From Candidatus Moraniibacteriota bacterium (GTDB lineage: Bacteria > Patescibacteriota > Minisyncoccia > Moranbacterales > GWC2-37-73), in NCBI GenBank assembly GCA_028715015.1, contig JAQTLF010000003.1:1-51362 (forward strand): a DNA stretch of 51,362 nucleotides, read 5' to 3'. Below are positions 45,520 to 51,362 of the stretch, one piece after another; positions within the stretch are counted from its first letter, which is position 1; each line of letters begins with the position of its first letter. The notes beneath the pieces were generated by a model, which saw only the letters and a program-made list of their open reading frames with translations, did no database searches and was not told the DNA's origin. Position numbers and translations under genes: made by a program.

Positions 45520-46833
45520 ATGGCAAAAGCAAAAAAGTGGATAATTTGGATTGTTGTTGTGGCTGCGGTTATTGGCGGCATCGTTGTTTATTTCAAAAAC
45601 AAAAAACCGGTGACAACCTACACGACAGCCGAGGCGACCAAGGGAAATCTGTCCCAGACTGTTTCTGTGACTGGTGATTTGGTGGCGCAAGACGAAATCA
45701 CTTTGAATTTTGAACTTGGCGGACGGGTGGGAAAAGTTTTTGTCAAAGCAAGCGACAAAGTGGCAGCTGGCGACAAGATTGCAACTTTGGTTGATTCCAC
45801 TTTGCAAAAACAAGTGGATCAGGCCAAGGCAGGTCTTGATCAGGCTGTGGCTGTGGCTGGCGGGAACAATGATGCTTTGCGTGAAGCAAAAGTGCTTAAG
45901 GACAATGCTGACAACACGCTCGATCAAACAAAACAACTTAATGACCAAAACATCAATGCTGCCGAAAGGGCTGTGCAAAATGCGCAAAATTATTATGACG
46001 ACACCAAAAAATATTATGACAGTCTGTCAGACGGAAGCACTAAACTTCAAACAAAACCAACCCTCACAGCCGCAGAAAATTCTTTGGAATCAGCCAAACA
46101 AGCACTCAAGACTGCCAAAGAGCAAGCTGATCTTTCACAAATAACAGCTGAAAATTCTGTTGACAGTGCTAAGGCCAAAGTTAGAACTGTTGAATCTGAA
46201 TTTACTCATGATGCCAACAATGCGCAAATCGCCCAAGCAAAAGCAGCCTATGATCTGGCAGTGCTCAGTCTGGACAAAGCCACTTTGTTTTCTCCGGTCA
46301 ATGGAATCATCACCGAAGTCAACAACAAGGCAGGAGAAATTTTGGGAACAGGTGTCATCAAGGAAACATTTTCGCGCGTGATGTCATTGGACATGATCAT
46401 CGAATCGAAAGTTCCCGAAGCTGACATTGTGAAAATAAAATTGGGTCAACATGCCAAAGTGACCTTTGACGCTTTGACTGCCAATGACGCTTTTGATGGA
46501 GAGATAATTGAAATTGATCCAGCCTCAACAACCATCCAAGATGTCGTTTACTATCAGATCAAACTCAAATTGAACAACGTTGATTCCCGTATCAAGCCTG
46601 GCATGAGTTCCAATATTGATATTGCGACTGCGCAGAAAGATAATGCGGTGATCATCCCGATGCGCGCGGTGAAGACCGATGGAAACAAAAAATTTGTGGA
46701 CGTCCTGCAAGCCGACAACACGACCAAGCATGTGCAGGTAACGACTGGGCTTGAAGGGGATGAAGGCATGGTTGAAATAACCTCTGGACTTTCCGGCAGC
46801 GAAAAAGTTGTGACCTTCCAAACAGTAAAATGA
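45520..46833 (+). CDS. efflux transporter periplasmic adaptor subunit (HlyD/MacA family)
   Basis: N-terminal TM helix, then a lipoyl-like GDKIATL, a long alpha-hairpin (Q/A/K-rich), and a beta-barrel with VIIPMRAV. Confidence 0.85.
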   Translation: MAKAKKWIIWIVVVAAVIGGIVVYFKNKKPVTTYTTAEATKGNLSQTVSVTGDLVAQDEITLNFELGGRVGKVFVKASDKVAAGDKIATLVDSTLQKQVDQAKAGLDQAVAVAGGNNDALREAKVLKDNADNTLDQTKQLNDQNINAAERAVQNAQNYYDDTKKYYDSLSDGSTKLQTKPTLTAAENSLESAKQALKTAKEQADLSQITAENSVDSAKAKVRTVESEFTHDANNAQIAQAKAAYDLAVLSLDKATLFSPVNGIITEVNNKAGEILGTGVIKETFSRVMSLDMIIESKVPEADIVKIKLGQHAKVTFDALTANDAFDGEIIEIDPASTTIQDVVYYQIKLKLNNVDSRIKPGMSSNIDIATAQKDNAVIIPMRAVKTDGNKKFVDVLQADNTTKHVQVTTGLEGDEGMVEITSGLSGSEKVVTFQTVK

Positions 46834-46847
46834 AGTTTTGTCCATTT

Positions 46848-46893
46848 CCTCCCCTCCTCAGTTGAGGAGGGGTTGGGGGAGGTTGAGCAGAGC
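46848..46893. repeat. GC-rich hairpin plus left 10-bp inverted repeat flanking the DUF559 gene
   Basis: CCCCTCCTC-agtt-GAGGAGGGG (46851-46872). GAGGTTGAGC (46879-46888) is the inverse of GCTCAACCTC (47272-47281). Confidence 0.7.
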
Positions 46894-46905
46894 CTAAAAT
46901 AAAAC

Positions 46906-47265
46906 GTGGGTTGTATGCAAACAGTACACAATATCAAAGCAAAGGAGAACACAAGAAAAAAGCTCAGAGAATCTGCAACTCCTCAAGAAATAATTTTGTG
47001 GTCACGATTGCGAAGGAATCAGCTCGGGCATAGATTTAGAAGACAGCATTCCGTTGGAAAATATATTGTCGATTTTTATTGTAGTGAAAAGAAATTGGTG
47101 GTTGAGCTGGATGGATGGCAGCACAGAGAGGAAAATAATGATGGATATGATATTGAAAGGACGGAATTTTTGCAATCATTGGGATATAAGGTTTTGCGGT
47201 TTTGGAATGATGAAGTTAATAAGAATATTGAGGGCGTTATTTTGAAGATTGAAGAATTTTTGTGA
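46906..47265 (+). CDS. DUF559 endonuclease-domain protein (Vsr-like fold)
   Basis: LRRNQLGHRFRRQHSVGKYIVDFYC...LVVELDGWQH...DIERTEFLQSLGYKVLRFWNDEV matches the DUF559 pattern. Confidence 0.85.
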   Translation: MGCMQTVHNIKAKENTRKKLRESATPQEIILWSRLRRNQLGHRFRRQHSVGKYIVDFYCSEKKLVVELDGWQHREENNDGYDIERTEFLQSLGYKVLRFWNDEVNKNIEGVILKIEEFL

Positions 47266-47323
47266 GGACGAGCTCAACCTCTCTGTCCTGAGTACAGGAC
47301 ATCTCTCCTCATCTGAGGAGAGA
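47266..47323. repeat. right inverted repeat plus two GC-rich hairpins flanking the DUF559 gene
   Basis: GCTCAACCTC, then TGTCCTG-agta-CAGGACA (47284-47301), then TCTCTCCTCA-tc-TGAGGAGAGA (47302-47323). Confidence 0.7.
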
Positions 47324-47354
47324 ATGACAAGGAAGAAGTCATTTTATGGAAAAT

Positions 47355-47402
47355 AAAAAAAGCCCGCGTACTCTTGATTGTGTTACAATCAATTTCCGCG
47401 GG
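47355..47402 (-). terminator. intrinsic terminator for the minus-strand gene 47423-47674
   Basis: CCCGCG...TTGATTGT-gtt-ACAATCAA...CGCGGG, with an A7 run on the plus strand that reads as a T-run in the minus sense. Confidence 0.65.
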
Positions 47403-47422
47403 GTGCCTTAAGGGGTTTGACA

Positions 47423-47674
47423 TTAATAGTATATTTTATTATATACTTCATTACATCGCATGCATCGTCTATATTTGCCCGATCTATGCTCTCGCACTAC
47501 AGTCCACCACGATTGGCATGCTGGGCAAGTTCCATGTTTGTATCTGTTTATACCATACAACAGAATTACAAGGCTGATAGCACATGCTGACAGTGTATGG
47601 TTTGCCAGTATTCCAAAAACAGCAATAATGGCAGTTAATACGAAAATCCCAAGCATTTTAAGATTTGATTTCAT
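47423..47674 (-). CDS. small membrane protein with C-terminal zinc ribbon
   Basis: 83 aa. Two TM helices (MLGIFVLTAIIAVFGILA, CAISLVILLYGI), then CPAC-x17-CMRC. It has its own terminator and lies antisense to the efflux operon. Confidence 0.55.
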   Translation of the reverse strand: MKSNLKMLGIFVLTAIIAVFGILANHTLSACAISLVILLYGINRYKHGTCPACQSWWTVVREHRSGKYRRCMRCNEVYNKIYY

Positions 47675-47763
47675 AAGCGCCTCCTTGTGGCTTCTTCGAG
47701 CCAGAATGTATTGGGTACTGCTTTAAGAACTACGACATTCTATTATACTCTAAAACAACAATA

Positions 47764-48495
47764 ATGTCAACATCACTGATAACCATCAAAAATTTAAACA
47801 AAACCTATTCAAACGACGGAGTGGAAACTCCAGTGCTTCATGATGTTAGTTTTGAAATTGAAAAAGGGGAATTCGTTTCCATCATGGGTCCAAGCGGATC
47901 AGGAAAGTCAACCATGATGCAGATTTTGGGAATGTTGGATCGTTTGAGTTCGGGCGAATATCTTTTTGAAGGAAAAAATGTCAATGAATTCACAGACGAT
48001 GAGTTGGCCAAATTGCGCAACAAAAAAATCGGGTTTGTTTTCCAATCTTTCAATTTGCTTGCCCGAACAACTGTGATGGAAAATGTGGAATTGCCGCTTT
48101 TGTATGATGAAGATCATCTGGAACTCAACAATGAAGAAAAAATCATGAACGCTCTCAAAGCCGTGGGCATGGAACATCGCGCCAACTATCTTTCCAATCA
48201 GCTTTCAGGCGGAGAAAAGCAGCGCGTGGCCATTGCCAGAGCTTTAGTGAATGATCCCGGAGTCATTTTTGCCGATGAACCGACTGGAAATCTTGATTCA
48301 AAATCAGGTCTGATGGTTATGAAAATTTTGCAAGAGCTCAACAATGATGGGCATACCGTGATTTTGGTGACACATGAGACATATACCGCCCAGCACGCCA
48401 AAAGAATCATCCAAGTCCGTGACGGCAGAATCATTTCAGATGAACAAGTTAAAGATCGTCTGATTGCCAATGGAGAAGGGGAACTGCTTAAATAG
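47764..48495 (+). CDS. ABC transporter ATP-binding protein (MacB/LolD-type)
   Basis: Walker A GPSGSGKST, Q-loop, signature LSGGEKQR, Walker B VIFADEPTGNLD, and H-loop VTHE. Confidence 0.92.
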   Translation: MSTSLITIKNLNKTYSNDGVETPVLHDVSFEIEKGEFVSIMGPSGSGKSTMMQILGMLDRLSSGEYLFEGKNVNEFTDDELAKLRNKKIGFVFQSFNLLARTTVMENVELPLLYDEDHLELNNEEKIMNALKAVGMEHRANYLSNQLSGGEKQRVAIARALVNDPGVIFADEPTGNLDSKSGLMVMKILQELNNDGHTVILVTHETYTAQHAKRIIQVRDGRIISDEQVKDRLIANGEGELLK

Positions 48496-48645
48496 TTTTA
48501 AAGGCTAAGTTTTAAATTTGAAATGAGTTTTAAATGATCAAATGTTTTAAAAATTAATCATTTAGGATTTGATTTAAAACTTCAAACTTCAAACTTCAAA
48601 CTTAAAATTACAAACTTGGATAAGTATAAAAAATTCTAGATTTTA
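48496..48645. repeat. AT-word intergenic repeat including CAAACTT x4 tandem
   Basis: GTTTTAAATTTGAAATGAGTTTTAAATGATCAAATGTTTT is the inverted partner of 45449-45495. It is followed by aaaacttcaaacttcaaacttcaaacttaaaatt. Confidence 0.75.
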
Positions 48646-49887
48646 ATGAAACTTTCAAGTCCCATAAAAATTTCCTACAATAATCTCATGGCGAGCAAAT
48701 TCCGCTCGTTTTTGACGATTTTGGGAATCATTATCGGAGTGGCTTCGGTGATCATCGTGATGGCCATCGGTGCCAGTGCCCAGCAGCTCATTCTTGATCA
48801 GGTCAATGGCATCGGTTCAAATTTGATCGGTGTTTTGCCTGGCGCTTCCAATGACAAAGGTCCGCCTGCTTCAGTTTTTGGAATTGTGACCACGACATTC
48901 ACCCAAGATGATCTGAATGCCATTTTGCAAAAAAAGAATGTTCCCAATGCTGTGGCTGGCAGCGGCTATGTCAGCGGCATCGGCACGGCCAAACATGACA
49001 GCACTTCGGTTTCGGAAAGCTATCAAGGCGTTTCGGCCAGTTTTCCTGTGGTTGAAAAAGCGGATCTGAAAGCTGGAAGATTTTTCACTCAAGAAGAAGA
49101 TGCAGGTCTGGCACGCGTGGCTGTTTTGGGATCTGCCGCTGCCACTGATGTTTTTGGAATCACTGATCCGATTGGAAAAGTTTTCAATTTGAAAGATGTG
49201 AATTTCACAGTGGTCGGAGTTTTGGACAAGCGCGGAAGTTCAGGTTTGAACAATTCAGACGGTCTTATTTTCATTCCTCTTTCAACGGCACAAAAAATTC
49301 TTTTGGGAATCAACTATCTTAATTTTGCCCGCATCAAAGTTGATTCGCTGGACAACATGGAACGCGCCACGGCCGACATTGCCTATACTTTGCGTGTCAG
49401 ACACAGGATCAAGGATCCTGCTGATGATGATTTTTCAGTGCGCAACACGGCGCAAGCCTTGGAAACGATCACCAATGTCACCAACGTTTTGAAATATTTT
49501 CTGACAGGCATTGCAGCCATTTCATTGTTGGTGGGCGGAATAGGCATCATGAACATCATGCTCATTTCAGTCAACCAGCGGATTCGCGAAGTTGGTTTGC
49601 GCAAAGCGGTGGGCGCTCGCAACAGACACATCATCACGCAATTTTTGGTTGAGGCGATTTTCATAACTTTGATTGGCGGTGTGATCGGAATAATTTTTGG
49701 AATTTTTATTTCATATTTGGCATCAGTCATCATTAATGCGCTGGGATATTCTTGGAATTTTTTGATTTCATTCAGTTCGATCATGGTGGCCACATTTGTT
49801 TCGGCTGCCATCGGTGTCATTTTCGGACTCTATCCTGCCAGAAAAGCTGCCAAAATAAGTCCCATGGAAGCACTTCGCTACGAATAA
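48646..49887 (+). CDS. ABC transporter permease (MacB/FtsX family)
   Basis: N-terminal TM helix, a large periplasmic domain, then a C-terminal FtsX 3-TM bundle with GIMNIMLISVNQRIREVGLRKAVGA and YPARKAAKISPMEALRYE. Confidence 0.88.
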   Translation: MKLSSPIKISYNNLMASKFRSFLTILGIIIGVASVIIVMAIGASAQQLILDQVNGIGSNLIGVLPGASNDKGPPASVFGIVTTTFTQDDLNAILQKKNVPNAVAGSGYVSGIGTAKHDSTSVSESYQGVSASFPVVEKADLKAGRFFTQEEDAGLARVAVLGSAAATDVFGITDPIGKVFNLKDVNFTVVGVLDKRGSSGLNNSDGLIFIPLSTAQKILLGINYLNFARIKVDSLDNMERATADIAYTLRVRHRIKDPADDDFSVRNTAQALETITNVTNVLKYFLTGIAAISLLVGGIGIMNIMLISVNQRIREVGLRKAVGARNRHIITQFLVEAIFITLIGGVIGIIFGIFISYLASVIINALGYSWNFLISFSSIMVATFVSAAIGVIFGLYPARKAAKISPMEALRYE

Positions 49888-49893
49888 AATATT

Positions 49894-51150
49894 ATGTTGA
49901 AAAAATTTTTATTATCAATAAGATTGGCACTCAGAAGTCTTCGCAACAATGTTGGAAGGACGGTTTTGACTTTGGTCGGAGTTGTCATTGGAATTATGTC
50001 AGTCATTGTGGTGACATCCAGTGGTCAAGGTGTGAAAGATTATGTCTTGGGACAATTTGATTCCTATGGCAACAACATCATTCAAATTGAAACAAAAATT
50101 CCAGCCGTTTCAAAAAATTCTTCAGCCAACGCGACCCAGCAAGCCCAGGGTGTGCAGATAACAACTTTGAAAGATGCAGATGGAAAGGCCTTGTTGCGAA
50201 TTCCCAATGTCAAAGAATATGCTGCCGGAACATTGGGTCAGGAAGTCGTCAGCTATTTGGGAACCAACAAAAGATCCATGCTCTATGGTGTCGGAGCGGC
50301 AGGCACCGACATTGATACCGGCATAAAAATTTCTGAGGGAACTTTTTTTTCACAGCAAGAAGATGACAGCTTGGCACAGGTTGTGGTGATCGGTTCAGAC
50401 ATCAAGGATGCCTTGTTTGGTAGCAGCGACGCTTTGGGAAAAGATGTGAAAATAAAAGGCATGAATTTTCGTGTGATCGGTGTGGTGGAAAAAAGGGGAG
50501 TGGCTGGATTTTTCAACTATGACGAAATCATCTACATTCCTGTGCAGACATTGGAAAAGAAAATTTTGGGAATCGATTATGTGCGTTTTATTTCCGTTAT
50601 TGTGAATGACATTTCCATGATCGATGTCACGGCTGCAGATGCCACGGATGTTTTGCGCAGGCAGCATCACATCAGCAATCCCAATCAAGATGATTTTTCC
50701 GTTACGACCATGCAAGAAGCCAGAACGCTCATTGATAATGTTTTTGGAACCATCAATATTTTGCTGTTGGCACTGACTTCAATTTCTTTGATTGTTGGCG
50801 GAGTGGGAATCATGAACGTCATGTATGTGGCAGTGGTGGAGCGCACTTTTGAAATAGGTCTGCGAAAAGCAGTGGGTGCGTCAGCCTCAGAAATCCGCAA
50901 CCAATTTCTGTTGGAAGCCATTTTCATTACTTTGGCTGGAGGAATGGCGGGAATTGTTTTGGGATTTTTGCTCTCCCTTGTTTTTTCCTATGTCTTCTCA
51001 CTGTTCGGATTTGCGCTGACATTTTCAGTCACTTTGCAATCGATTCTGATTGCTACCGGTTTTTCCATGGCTACCGGAATAATCTTCGGTTATTATCCAG
51101 CTTGGAAAGCGTCCAAACTCAGCCCCATGGAAGCTTTGAGAAAAGAATAG
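49894..51150 (+). CDS. ABC transporter permease (MacB/FtsX family), paralogue of the preceding gene
   Basis: Same architecture: GIMNVMYVAVVERTFEIGLRKAVGA and YPAWKASKLSPMEALRKE. Confidence 0.88.
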   Translation: MLKKFLLSIRLALRSLRNNVGRTVLTLVGVVIGIMSVIVVTSSGQGVKDYVLGQFDSYGNNIIQIETKIPAVSKNSSANATQQAQGVQITTLKDADGKALLRIPNVKEYAAGTLGQEVVSYLGTNKRSMLYGVGAAGTDIDTGIKISEGTFFSQQEDDSLAQVVVIGSDIKDALFGSSDALGKDVKIKGMNFRVIGVVEKRGVAGFFNYDEIIYIPVQTLEKKILGIDYVRFISVIVNDISMIDVTAADATDVLRRQHHISNPNQDDFSVTTMQEARTLIDNVFGTINILLLALTSISLIVGGVGIMNVMYVAVVERTFEIGLRKAVGASASEIRNQFLLEAIFITLAGGMAGIVLGFLLSLVFSYVFSLFGFALTFSVTLQSILIATGFSMATGIIFGYYPAWKASKLSPMEALRKE

Positions 51151-51235
51151 ATTTTTAGGCATTAGCTTCTTAGCTTTTTAGCTAATATTGAATTTAAGCC
51201 TGAAAAGCTAATGCCTAATAAGCTAAAACCTGCTC
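51151..51235. repeat. AGCT-word hairpin element directly after the permease stop
   Basis: TTAGGCATTAGC (51155-51166) is perfectly complementary to GCTAATGCCTAA (51207-51218). The interior words (AGCTTCTTAGCTTTTTAGCT, GCCTGAAAAGCT) are shared with the elements at 21959, 23763 and 16199. Confidence 0.7.
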
Positions 51236-51362
51236 AAATATTACACAATATTTTAATTCTATTCGCAAGTTGTAGGTTTAATGGGGTTGTGATACTCTGA
51301 GAGTGTAAATTAAGCAAGAGCCTACTGCAAAATCTCAACGCTAATATAAAAATCAAACTTGT

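Overview
AT-rich, gene-dense 51.4-kb window from a small-genome bacterium. By inference it belongs to the Candidate Phyla Radiation/Patescibacteria: the 16S rRNA gene stands alone with no 23S, 5S or tRNA, it has a variant 515-region (GTGCCAGCAGTAGCGGTAA) and a ~90-nt internal insertion, AlaRS is short, and there are many small secreted or hypothetical proteins. The standard code (11) fits, since long ORFs are intact and TGA ends many genes. Housekeeping genes recognised: mnmA, alaS, rplU, recR, dnaB, rnhA and 16S rRNA. Accessory content: an MmeI-like Type IIL restriction-modification enzyme with membrane-protein neighbours; a membrane-anchored thermonuclease interrupted by one in-frame TGA; a TrpR/YerC-like regulator flanked by two copies of a 26-30 bp palindrome; an HEXXH gene split at an A6 run; a PT-repeat surface protein; an MntA/HepT toxin-antitoxin pair; and a MacAB-like efflux locus interrupted by a DUF559 cassette. 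The most unusual feature is a 6.9-kb gene block (24441-31348) bracketed by ~225-bp direct repeats that begin inside the 3' end of the 16S gene. It encodes a twitch-like radical SAM enzyme, two class I methyltransferases, a SPOUT methyltransferase, a flavoprotein/class-II-aldolase fusion, a PHP phosphoesterase, a GNAT and a LOG-like protein, with no integrase. Other notable points are families of word-like hairpin repeats in intergenic spacers (one copy sits inside the 16S gene) and a glycine-rich minigene with its own promoter and terminator next to an M16 peptidase. I recognised no CRISPR array, tRNA, transposase or integrase. All function calls rest on motifs read by eye and need database confirmation.
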